Source of the DNA: Pocillopora damicornis
Taxonomy: Eukaryota
DNA: 64,000 nt
Assembly: GCF_003704095.1 (NCBI RefSeq)
Contig: NW_020843402.1
Span: forward strand, 558,001 to 622,000
Direction of reading: 5' to 3'
Shown piece after piece: positions 53,096 through 64,000 of this stretch. The notes beneath the pieces were generated by a model that searched no databases, was not told the DNA's origin, and worked only from the letters and a program-made list of their open reading frames with translations. The translations under genes were made by a program, and so were the position numbers. How positions within the stretch are numbered: the stretch's first letter is position 1; the number at the start of each line of letters is the position of its first letter.

Positions 53096-56000
53096 TACTT
53101 GGCGATGTTTATCGGCCATCGGTTGATAACTGAGGCATAATCTACGGTTCTGATTACCAACTTTCTATCAAGCTTCATCTCTTTGGCTGAACGAACCAGA
53201 TAAATTATAAACCGACATTGACAAGCTAAAAGGCCTTCAGAAAAACTTACATGTCTCCTATATTTCTCTTTTTCTCTCTGGCGCCCACGGGCAGAACTCG
53301 CTGTACATCGTTTTGGGTGGTAAATGGATCCTTGCCCTGTCCACTCGTCTTTCATGAAAGCGAACCAAGACAAACACTTGTTCCTGTCATACTATATATC
53401 TTTGAATTTTACTCCACCTGAAAAGACTTGGATTAAAACCACCGGGTTCCAAATCACTTTGTGGCATTCAGAAAAAATCTTAGTTTAATAAAGCAAAGAC
53501 ATGAGCATCATTTTCAATTGAAAAGAGCCTCTATGAGGTTTGATCACGTAATTATGAACAGTGTCCAGTATGAGGACTTTTCATAACAAATGTATCACTT
53601 TTCAATTTATTCATTATGGATGATAAATTACCTGAAGTTTGGGATATTGCATGTCTTTACTCCAATTGCAGGAAATCGTTTTTTATTCATTATTTTCACA
53701 CGTCGTCTGCAAAGTTCCGGGATTAAAATGTCGGCCTGGGATTACGAGAAACTGGATCATATACACTGAATACGCATCAATTGGGTTAACTACGTTGTAG
53801 AAGCACTTCATCTCAAAAAGGAGAAAAACCCGTCACCCTTTTTCTAGTCGATTTCACTGTTTGGAGACATGGCCGCAAAAATTGTTATCATAGCCCAGTA
53901 TAAACAAATATTACATATCACCAAGCGTCTTTTTTTCGGAAAGCCATCTGGTTTCAGACAAAAAATGCCATAATTTTGAATGGAAAACTCGTGCTCTCTA
54001 GCTAACATGTTTATCAACGTAAAGCTTAATTTTACGCCGCTTTAGATTTCCAGAGAGAGTTCTCATGATACAGCTTGATTAAGAAAACTGAAGACGAAGT
54101 TCATAGAAGCAAGGGTCTGGTACTACTGATATTGGAACAGATAACAGTGTTTCGCGGTGTACCTTAATCGGATTTATCGAATAGCTAAAGCACATGCAAA
54201 CAATTAAATCTCAACAACAGCATTCAGCTTATGAAGTAAACCTTTGGTAATGCGAGAAGTGGTTCGTGGCATATTTTGATAAATGCTCTGCGATGAGAAG
54301 ATAAGCGTGTTACTCTCTGAGAGGTAATATAGCGAACTCAGAGAGTGATTTATAGCAAACAATAAATCATTTTACTGTTCATGTGGTTGTACGGAAAACC
54401 TCGAAAGATTACTATTATAACTTAACACAGGAAGTACGAATCGAAGAAACAATCAAGCGTTTTTATCAAAACATCTTTTATCTTTCTTCTGGTGCCAGTA
54501 CAGCGCAGTAAACTTAACCTGAAAAGTGCTTACGCGATAAGTAACTAGTAGCACAAGGGTGAAGAATGTACTACAACGCTTCATGGACTCTGTTCTAGAT
54601 TAGTATTTTCCCCATAACGATTCATCGGTTCTTCCATCGCCATATCAGTGCTGTCAGCGAAGCTATAGTCTTGGGCTATAAATAAAAATGGCTATTTATC
54701 TTGTTTATATTAATTTCACTGTGAATGGAGATGCACTAAAAAGAAGTTGTTACTTATCGGAGAGGTTTCAAAAGATTTGTTAGTATTCCTACCCTGAAGA
54801 AATTATCACCATTGTCATCCATGACATTACATCCATGCAAGTTTTCGCAACGCTACAGGAATATCATTTTCTCAGCCTTAAGAGATCAAGGTTGCTTCTT
54901 GCTCCTTAATGCCCCGTGGGAAAAGGGATGGCTTCATTATGTCCCTCCCCTGGCGGTCAGGCTTTCCCGTTGCAAACAGGGTGAGGGGTATGGTTTTAGA
55001 AGTAATCATTAATCAAGCTCAGTAGTTTTCCGTTTTTTAGCAAGTTCATTTATCAATTTTATATCAATTGGTAATGGCGATGGTTCTCAAACAGGGAGAT
55101 TGATTGGATCGTGAAGGTATTGTTTCTACGATGATTCTTCATCGCGAGAAACGTTCCTTTAGAATGCTTTCAATGGAAAATAAATTTGTATCCATTATAT
55201 ATATTTTACGATCGTATGATTGTGATATATATGTCGTGTATGCACCTCACATGTAAGCCGTTGAAACTGAATCATGTCACGTTTTAAAGTTGACGTTGAT
55301 TAATGTCTCTGTAGGGCCCTAATTAGCACGATTTTCAGGATAATATGTCATAGGGATCTCGAATGATTTTGGTGAACGCACATTCGTTGAGGCTGAGGTT
55401 GAGTTAATTAAAGAATAATAGATTCAACAAGCACTTAATTGTGCTGGATTTTTCTGATCTCTTTTCTTTACCTGAATCACAGGGGATAACAATAAACCAC
55501 ACACCATAACACTTCTGTCTGTTATTCAAATTGTCCTTTGTTCGCACTAGATCAGTTTCCATGAATATCGATTTCATAAATTGTCAAGTCGTGAAAAATG
55601 GAAAAATCCATTGATGCCCTAATGATAGGTTATAGGGAGTGATATAACTTTTCTCTAACACCGGGTTAAAAGTATTAACACCGGAAGAGCTCAATGCTAT
55701 GTGCCTTACTAAGCCATAAATCATGGTCAGTTTCACTCTCTAGTTCTCGTGTGTTCTTCCGTTATCAGTATTTTCAAAGATTAAATTACTAACGTGTACG
55801 ATAGGAGGACTTCAAAAAAGCCAGCTTTTTCCGACAGAATTCGGACCTTTAGATCTTTAAACTATAACAAGATTAATAAAGGCGTGGTGATCTACAGAGT
55901 TAAGATGGAAAATTCTGAACATCAAAACTGAGGTCTAAGCTTCTGTGTAATGGTAATCGGTGTGCGGTGTATTCAATAATCGTAAGGTTTGGGTCCTAAA

Positions 56001-56289
56001 GTAAAAAAAAAAAAAAAATTGAAGGAAAGGAACTAAAAGCATTTTAATTCTCAAATCTCTCGTTTAAAATCGACACCGGATCCATGCAGGACACTATACT
56101 ATCTTTCATTCACTTCTCCCAGATATTTGCTCAGTCCGGAGGGACAAGAATTTCCTACTTGGTTGATTTTGAAAGGTGTTTTGACGTAGATTCTAATGTC
56201 ACGTCATCAGCAAACGACTTTGGCTCTTATTGGTCGCTCGTACAATCCTTCAACGACGTTTTCGTTCTAAAGACTTTTCACTTTTTTAG

Positions 56290-59200
56290 TCACAAGGAAT
56301 AAAGTGCGGAGCGTTCCCCAACGCTCCAGTCTCTTCTCTTCTTCATCTTCCTCATCCTCGCCAAATACCCCGCACTTAATCCTTCATGACTGCCATTCGG
56401 ACAGCAATGAAGACCATTAACGTGCGCCAAATGAGCATGAGTAGCAAACGGAGAGAACATGCTAGAAGAAATCCTGTGGAAATTTTTCACGGCTTCCTCG
56501 GGATCACCACAGATGCAGTAGTGCGGCAATGACATGTTACACTGGAAACAACATGGTACTTCTTGAGCTTGTATTACCTGAGATATGTTTTGAATAATCT
56601 CGTCTTCGCTTTTACTGCTAAGGCCCATTTCTGATGTAAATTTTCCTTTCTCCTTTCGAAATTTAGCCCGTCGATTTTTAAACCAAACCTGAAAAAGAAC
56701 ACAAATCGTTTAGCTTGTAACGTGGGGTTCGCTTATGCTAGTTACTGCAAATGGATTTTCAGTTCAAGTAGGAAATTCACTTGAAAGAGTATTTTAAAGT
56801 CTTTTTGAGAAGTTTTATCTAAGGATTAATTGATGCATCCTGCGCTGTGCCTACTGGCACTAATTTGGGATGATGATGAGGATCTTGATAAAGGCTATTA
56901 CTTTAATGGTTGGAGGTTTTATTCCATAAGGGAAATTTTCAATCCTCGCCTCCCTCTAAGTAGTTATCTACGATTTGTCTGACGTATGATCCTGAGCACG
57001 TGAATTGAAACCAAAATCCAGGATTTGCGCTCCAAGAGAAACGACAGGGATGTCCTCATCCCTTTCAAGGGATAGTCTGTCTCCTAATTTTCTTGCCCAG
57101 CTCATTTTCTCGTGCAGCAGATAATGAAAAAAGAGATAAAAACTGAAAAATACTGAATCATCAATTTATCAACCTACCTGAATCCTGCCTTCTTGCAAAT
57201 TGGTCTTTGCAGCAAGTTCTTCCCTTAATTCTACATCCGGATAATGTGTTTTATTGAAAAATTGTTCCAGGACTCCCAACTGCTGATGCGTAAAGGCAGT
57301 GCGCGTGCGTCGAGGTGTACGGCGGGTAGTCTCTTGTTGAGCTTCCAGTATGACATCTAAGAGGAGGTAATCATTAGTGAGACAGCATTAAGGCGCAGTT
57401 TGGTAAAATGGATAGACATGCCTGCTATCTTACAAATACGATACCCTCGCTCGAATTCAGCAGCTGTAAAAGTAATTAAGCCAAATTGAATTTCATACTT
57501 TCGAGTTTTTTTTCCGCAGACTCCATTTTAAACGTTGTGTAGATTTGTGTAGCGTTTTTAGTAATGAACTATCGTGGAAAATTTCAGCTCGATTATAATC
57601 CCACAGTTTAGTTCTTAGTGCCGTTGATGCAAATTTGCATCGAGACACCCGTCACAATAACATTTTGGCGCTTGCTGGTTGGGCCAGTCCCAACTTATCT
57701 TTCCGTGTATTGGATTCCAATGTGGTACGTCTTCTCACCAAATGTGATGAGTTCCGCATAAAATGCGCTAACAAACAAGCTTAAGCTTCAACAACGCCAT
57801 TTAAGCTAGCCTTTCTCGTCGCAGAGGATTAAAGAATTAGGGAAAGCATTTCCCTTTTTAACCATACCCTATGAAATTCTGATTCATTAGAAGTCTTGTT
57901 TCTCCGACAGCATCCATCAGCAGCCATTTAGTCAGTTTATTTTAAGGTATGTACCCTCATAATTTACAAGATTAAATTGTTTTCATTCCCAAATGCGCGC
58001 CGACAGAGTCAGTGAAAGATTGAATCTTGGAATCTTGCTTATCTAGCAACATTTGATGTAAAGGTCTAAATTCCTTTTTCTGCTTGATGAGACCCTAGAT
58101 ATTCATCTAGCTTCAGGTAATGTTAAACTGGTCCGTGTATTCCCCCTGTGTCTGACAACAGTTTTCAAGCAGGCCGTCCCTGAGGCTCAACATCTGCCGC
58201 TCTCGTGGGGTGGCTTGTAAAACCCAACCATCCCTTTTATCTAATAATTCGCAGCTGAAGAAGAAAAAAATTTTAAAAAATATAAACAGGAGCAACAACA
58301 ACAACTCTGAACAGGGAGTTGGCTACAATCTCCTAAGGTTTGGTTTCCGATCCTTACGCGGGTTTTTTTCTCTCAGTCTGTTCCTTGTTGCTATGGAAAA
58401 TTGTTATGCTTTGCACTTCCAGTTAAACGCGGCAAGCACTTTAAAAAAAAAAAAAAACAATTTATATTACTGGCTAGGCCTCGCGGATGCCAAAACTCAA
58501 ATTGTTTAAGGGTTAAGAAAAGTGCTTCAACGAGCGGACCACCAAAACCACCCAGAACAGTGTGAGTGCAACTATCCTATCCCTCTCTGAAAAACTACCA
58601 AAGGTAACAGGATCAGAATCAAGAGCTTATTATAAAATTTGGCTACGGTATTATCAGTCACTTATGCTTTTGAACACAACCAAGTTTCTTTGCCCGAAAA
58701 TAAAAAAAAACGGGATTTGGTTTTTTGTGTGGGAGAACTACCAGGTAAGAGAGGAAATACATCATACGGTCAATGTGGTTCAGTGGTCAAAAAATGAGTA
58801 CCCACTTCCATAGAGAATCAAGAGGAGACAGCGTAGAGATCGCAAATGCAAGTCACTGTGGCCTTACGAAGTGGCTTCTAAATTCTTAAAAGGGTATCTA
58901 GTTTCTTTATGGTCCTAAAGTGGAACATTATTTCATTTTGTTCTCCATAGTATTGTCTTATCTAGATCTTGAATCTCTAGCCGGCGCCAAGAAGACAAAC
59001 AAGAATACCCTCAGTCATTTGATAAGCAGGGGTTGTAAGAGGGGGGTCACGAAATCAGCAGATTTTCTCTAAAACATGAGCTTCCACTTTGATCAATGCT
59101 TTGTTCAAGATTGCCGTCTGTTTAACTTTAAAGGAACAGCTTATACAGATAACACATACATCGATTTCAATTTCGAAGGGCGGAAAGGCCATAGATTACA

Positions 59201-59949
59201 GCGTATACCTTACTTATTCAGGCAACGGTTTCTCATCTGCCTCATGTACATCAACAAGAGACATACGAGTGAATATAAATTATTTTGAAACCTCTTGACG
59301 CCTTGTTATCTTGTTTGCACTAACTACGTGTTTGGTGCCGTCCAACCTGACCTCTCAGTCTTGCGTTGTTAGCAACAAGTTTAATTTTCCATTGTACTTT
59401 ATTGCAACCGCTCTTTGTGCACACTACCTAATGTCTTGATGAGCTAGAGTGGACTACCCCATTTAATGGTATGGACAGTTTCCTCGGTTATTTCGTTAAA
59501 GGTATTCGAACGGGCGACTAGTAATAAGTTTCCTTTAACATGTGAAATCTACGTAAAGCAATTTAACGAGCTAAGGTCTATGAACATTTAATATCTGCGA
59601 AAAAAGGAGGTTTCCGTCTCCACCCGAGTTGTCTGTGAACTAAAAGATGGTTTATCAAAACTTCCCACATCACTGCTGACAGAGACATTTCTTATAAATT
59701 ACATTACCACAAGGCAGTGTTATCCAAAGGCTTTCCTCTCAACCTTGCCAATAAACATTTGTAACGACGCTTAAGACTTGGTTTAATTCACTTACATTTG
59801 CCTGTGTTAGACTAAAACTTACCAGCCAGCTTTACAGCTAATGATAGCGCCTCGTTGGAGTTTGAAGGCTGCGTTTTTGTCTCTTCTTCGACTTTCTTAG
59901 CATAGGGCTTCTTCAGAATGCTTTCTATAGAAAAAGGGTGGGTGTCCAT
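56290..59949 (-). CDS. Dmbx: Dmbx-like homeobox gene, paralogue 7; join of exons 59823-59949, 57178-57356, 56290-56688 (about 234 aa)
   Basis: Exon 1 (not in the ORF track): [43 protein letters not shown]|GTAAGT. Exon 2 (not in the ORF track): [60 protein letters not shown]. Exon 3: [16 protein letters not shown]... Confidence 0.92.
57812..58043. repeat. Diverged duplicated non-coding block of about 230 bp (copy B, intron 1 of paralogue 7)
   Basis: Colinear similarity to 52860-53095 with the identical core atcagcagccatttagtcagtttattttaag. Confidence 0.75.
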
Positions 59950-60106
59950 GGTCTGTATATGTAGGCTAAGTCAGAAAATGGTAAGATCCTCTGTATGTAT
60001 AGAGAAGGCTGGCAGAGTCTTCCCGTTCAACGACGAGTGCAGATTTGAGATATGATGGTGTGCGTGTGAGTATAACCAGCTGTTAATGCGATTATACCAA
60101 GCTATT

Positions 60107-60126
60107 TGACATTGATAAATGTTCCC
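60107..60126. promoter_or_regulatory. 20-bp proximal element shared by paralogues 6 and 7 (copy B)
   Basis: tgacattgataaatgttccc about 160 bp upstream of the paralogue 7 ATG. Confidence 0.6.
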
Positions 60127-63100
60127 GGAAACCTTCCAGTGAAGGGCGGGCGAAAAAACAAGAAAAAAACTCGAAGGGTTTTTATCGTACTTGGAAGTGC
60201 ACCGTGTGTGGCTGCAATTTAGCTTTTAGGAAAATACCAGATTAAAATGTAATAGCGCTATTCACGCAGCTTCATGGTGAGCAAGGATCTATAAAACGGA
60301 TGTGCTGACCTTCATTCGCATTCTCAGCCGGCCCGAAGTTGTTGTGTGCTAATTGTATTAAGACGTAAAATCAACACTTTCGTTCGGAATCCAAACTTTG
60401 CGTTCTTGGAGGTATAATTAAGCAAGCCAAAATTGAAAATAACTCGACCTTTAGGAAGATTCTTTTGAGTCGTTAAAATACCGAAAGCTAAGATACGATA
60501 GCTTATCTCGAGTTCTGATCAGTTTCCAAAATTATCGTACTCATTATAATTTACTCTCAAGACCTCAACACAAGGGATTACCCAAAATTTGTCAAGAATA
60601 CTACTGGATTTCACAACTTCCCTCATCTCAGAGAAGGTTTGTGGTAGCAGTAAAAAAGGATAATCATGAACGCGTAAGACTGCTTTCTACCGACTAACAT
60701 CTATCAACAACCTTTAATTAGGTTATGTTCGAAATTTATTTTGCATTTTAAGACTTGTTCAATTCTCATTTCCAAATACCCCATAAAAAGAGCCTTTGTC
60801 TTGGATCTTCAGAAAAGATATCAGCGATGGCTTGATCATAAATCGCTATAGTTAAAGCAGATATTTCTTTGTTCAAACCAGACAGAACTATTGTTTATGC
60901 TTCTCTAGCATGGACGACCAACCGTCTGGCTTCTCAAGACTCTTCTTATGGTAAGCTTTTCCGGTGTGACTTAATCGTACTTATTTTCTTATTCACGCAT
61001 TTTTGCCTGTTTTTGTATGGATTTAATTCTTTTTCGTTTTTTTTTTTTGTTTTTTTTTTCATTTTTAGTTTGGGGAATTTCACCCCATTAAAGACATTCT
61101 TGATTAAATGCATGACGCAAATCAAGGGCAAAGAGGAGGTTAGAGATGAAAGTATGTATGCCCACTGGCCATGTTACACAAATCTTTATTCGAGCCATCG
61201 TGGACAATAACTACCAAAGGTGATTATCAGTTGTCGGTCCATTCTGATGGCCTTGCCACAAACCATTAATATCATAATACAGAGATTTTCCATGTGCTAA
61301 GCTGAGAAGGCGATATATCGGATATACTCCCTGTCTGTACCCTGGTTACTACTGACACCCCGGCTTCTTCCTTCATCATTACGGCATTGCTTCTTATGAC
61401 CTTTGTCAATACTCTCTATTTTTCTAAGGCTTCTTCCCTATGATTGTCTGCTCTAAGGCTTCGCCGTCTATCTTTTTGAACTTCTTCCTCTCTGCCTTTC
61501 CTGTCCCATATTTTCCTTTGTTCTCAGAATTTATCAAAAAATCTTTGGCTTAACCACTCAATTTGCTTATTTCGTGTTCTTTTGTCGACAGCATCAATTT
61601 GACTGTGATTCATCACCCTAATCCTTGACTGAGTTCAAGGTGAGAAGGAAAGGCATGCTGCAATGAGATTTAAAATGGTGAGATTTCAATCTTCGATTAA
61701 CCTTAATCGGCTTTAAAACATTTGGCAAATTAAGATAATTATAACTTCATATTTTCATTCACTAATATTGTTATTGACATGTGGGTAAGTTTTTATGTTA
61801 TTTGCCATGCTAATGAAATTTTAATGAACTTGCTCTAAAAGCTGAAGGAGCTTGATTACATCTCTTTGGAAGAACTGCGAATTCTCAACTTTTTCACACT
61901 TGGTATGATTATCCCCCGCTGTGTTGCCCCATCAAATATTGAACTTGAAAGCACGATAATTATTGAATACTAGATAAGAGAGACTTCGGCAAATGGGAGA
62001 AAAAAAAGTATTTGGTGGACCAGCAAACACGATTATGGTTTTGCTGACAGAGCAGGAAATACTGTAAAAGCCTATCCGGGGAGGAGAGACCAGGGAAAGA
62101 CTGTTGGCGTCTTCTTGAATTAAGACGAGAGTATGGGATGGACTGACAAAGAGACACACAATCTTCGAAGAAGGAGACTTCTTGGCTAAGGAAGAAAAAG
62201 TTATAATCCAAACTCAGACTGTCTATATTAATTGTCTCCAATAGAAAACAATGCCCATTATTTCCTCTTGATGTCTCGAAGCAGGGAAGGGAATAGGAAA
62301 TGAGCTTTCTCGTGCCACCTTACAGCGCAAGTCCGCTTTTTGATACTATGCTCGGCAGGGATCTTTATTAAAAACCTCGTGGGACTCGGTGTTAACGCCT
62401 TTTACGGCTTAGGGCTGAGGATTGTTGGCTTAAACTATGTTGGCTTACTGAGACGCCTTCAGACGTGACCTAAATCATAGGTACCCAGGGTAGATTCCTA
62501 ACGCTAACCTAACTCAAGCTTGAGAAGCTATGGCCTAACAATTGCGGCTTGACAATTCGTGTTCTTTGTGCGTTCCTTGGACACTTCATATGATACTTGC
62601 TACGGTTATAATAATCCGATCCTACTTGGATACAGCCTTATTTTGGCTTTTTAAGATAAAATAACAGCGATGCACCCACTGACGAGTGGGCGAACGGTCC
62701 AAGGTTGAGATGTTCAGCGATGACAGATTTCTTGTATAATCCTCTGTCAATTTAAATTCTAAATAAGTCGCCTAAATTCCTTTTTATTGCCAACATAGTC
62801 TCAATTCAAACGCAGTTGAACATAGCAGTTTCAAATAGTGAAATGGTACAAACTTAGGAAACGGCTTAAATACAAGTATATTACAGATGTTTATAAATAA
62901 GTATGACTATTATCAAATTTGTTCTGCATAAGTGTATACATATTTAGTATTTACATTTGCTTTAAGTTTTACCAAACAGATGATTTTTGAACGCGTTTTT
63001 CCGTCACCTCCTTTAGATGTTTTGCCCTGACAACAGAACTTTCTATATTCCTAAAAAAAATTACAGACATGACGCAATAAATTACATTGATGATGCGAGA

Positions 63101-63233
63101 GAAGCTGTAGTCTGCGCTGTTTGCACCACATTATGGCTCCGTAAGCCTGAGTCTCTCATCGTATTCCTAGTATGTTGTTTCTTTGAAAAGATAAGTAATG
63201 ATTACATTTTACACCAAAGCCTTTCGCATAAAC

Positions 63234-63656
63234 TCAGTGAATAACTCCTATGTTGGGATACAGCTGTTGTACATTAACTGGACGCGGCTGGCAGTTGTTT
63301 ACCGAGTCGTAATAGACCCACTCAGGCACATAAGTATAACCATATCCTGATAGCAGCCTTGGGTCAAACGGAAAAGACCTCGAAGAGAAAGGCGATGACA
63401 CATACCCAGAGCTCAGAGGAACTGGACGTGTAGGAACTGCGATATTACTGTCTTCTAGATCTCGATCAACTTTTAGCCGCTTATTTTGGTGATAAGAATG
63501 GGCTTCATCCCCAACAGGTGAACCTTCAACATCCTGAAGATCATCATCCGCATTTTTCTTCTTTATCGTTTCTTGGTCATCCTTACTTTCCAGGTCACCT
63601 GTTTCTTTAGATCCTTTAAGTTTGCGATACTTGGCCCGACGATTTTTAAACCACAC
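63234..63656 (-). CDS. Dmbx: Last exon of an eighth K50 homeobox gene (probably Dmbx-like); upstream exons lie outside the window
   Basis: A TAG acceptor at 63657-63659 is followed by [12 protein letters not shown] and a 140-codon open exon. Strand and intron position match the other seven genes. Family assignment rests on helix 3 and context only. Confidence 0.8.
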   Translation of the reverse strand: MWFKNRRAKYRKLKGSKETGDLESKDDQETIKKKNADDDLQDVEGSPVGDEAHSYHQNKRLKVDRDLEDSNIAVPTRPVPLSSGYVSSPFSSRSFPFDPRLLSGYGYTYVPEWVYYDSVNNCQPRPVNVQQLYPNIGVIH

Positions 63657-64000
63657 CTAAGAGACAGGTAAAAGAAGACGGCGACTAACTAAGTGAAAAT
63701 CAGAACGCTTGAAGGCCTAAATTTGGTAGTGATACCCTACTATCAGTTACTTATTTGACTTCTGCTTTTTTTTTCTAAAAAGAAACCGTGACTAGGGTTT
63801 TGGGCGGCGTAACGAATCTTTCAGGACATAAACCAGAACTAAAGAAACAAACAGACAAACAAAACAAAACAAACACACAGACATAAAAAAGTGTTTTCAG
63901 AGGGGATGATAAATTTACATCCATGACGATCATTCGTTGGTTTTGAGTTCCTATTTATAGCTATGAGTCAGTTGCATATCGATGTCATTACGTTTCCTCC

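Noticed and set aside
53946-53972. Plus-strand ATC TGG TTT CAG ACA AAA AAT GCC (IWFQTKNA), superficially like homeodomain helix 3
   Set aside because: Lacks N51, R52 and R53, has no adjacent acceptor or upstream helix 1-2 exon, and is on the opposite strand; chance match.
61300-62300. Strand-biased purine/pyrimidine stretch and ORF 61960-62241 as a possible decayed retroelement or gene
   Set aside because: Stops interrupt the frames I translated and no motif is recognisable.
1667-63244. The many 60-120 aa ORFs in the track that do not overlap the exons above, including plus-strand ORFs antisense to exons
   Set aside because: No recognisable domains, frequent non-ATG starts, and lengths expected by chance; several are just the antisense or alternative frame of real exons.
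1-64000. General enrichment of TAATCC/GGATTA sites across the cluster
   Set aside because: Many occurrences are visible, but enrichment over AT-rich background cannot be judged without counting against a null model.
1-64000. CRISPR arrays, tRNA or rRNA genes, prokaryotic operons
   Set aside because: None seen; spliceosomal GT-AG gene structures show this is eukaryotic DNA.

Overview
AT-rich eukaryotic (animal) genomic DNA. An anthozoan cnidarian such as a stony coral is my best inference, from the Dmbx expansion and repeat remnants; the sequence does not prove this. The window is filled by a head-to-tail tandem array of at least eight Dmbx-family (PRD-class, K50) homeobox genes, all on the minus strand: seven complete three-exon genes and the last exon of an eighth whose 5' exons lie beyond the right edge. 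The ORF track shows only fragments; I joined the exons by hand. Each complete gene has the same layout. Exon 1 encodes an eh1/octapeptide motif plus the L[TS]LAERLA motif and ends at a phase-1 GT donor. Exon 2 (179 bp in six genes, 188 bp in one) encodes D/E-I/V-I-L-E through homeodomain residue 46. A phase-0 intron follows at homeodomain 46/47. Exon 3 encodes [VI]WFKNRRAK[YF]R plus a highly divergent tail. All seven spliced frames are open (about 193-282 aa). I found no other protein-coding gene and no intact transposon. Several short non-coding elements are shared between paralogues and contain TALE (Pbx/Meis) and K50-homeodomain motifs, which suggests duplicated cis-regulatory modules. One assembly gap lies at 19774-19871.
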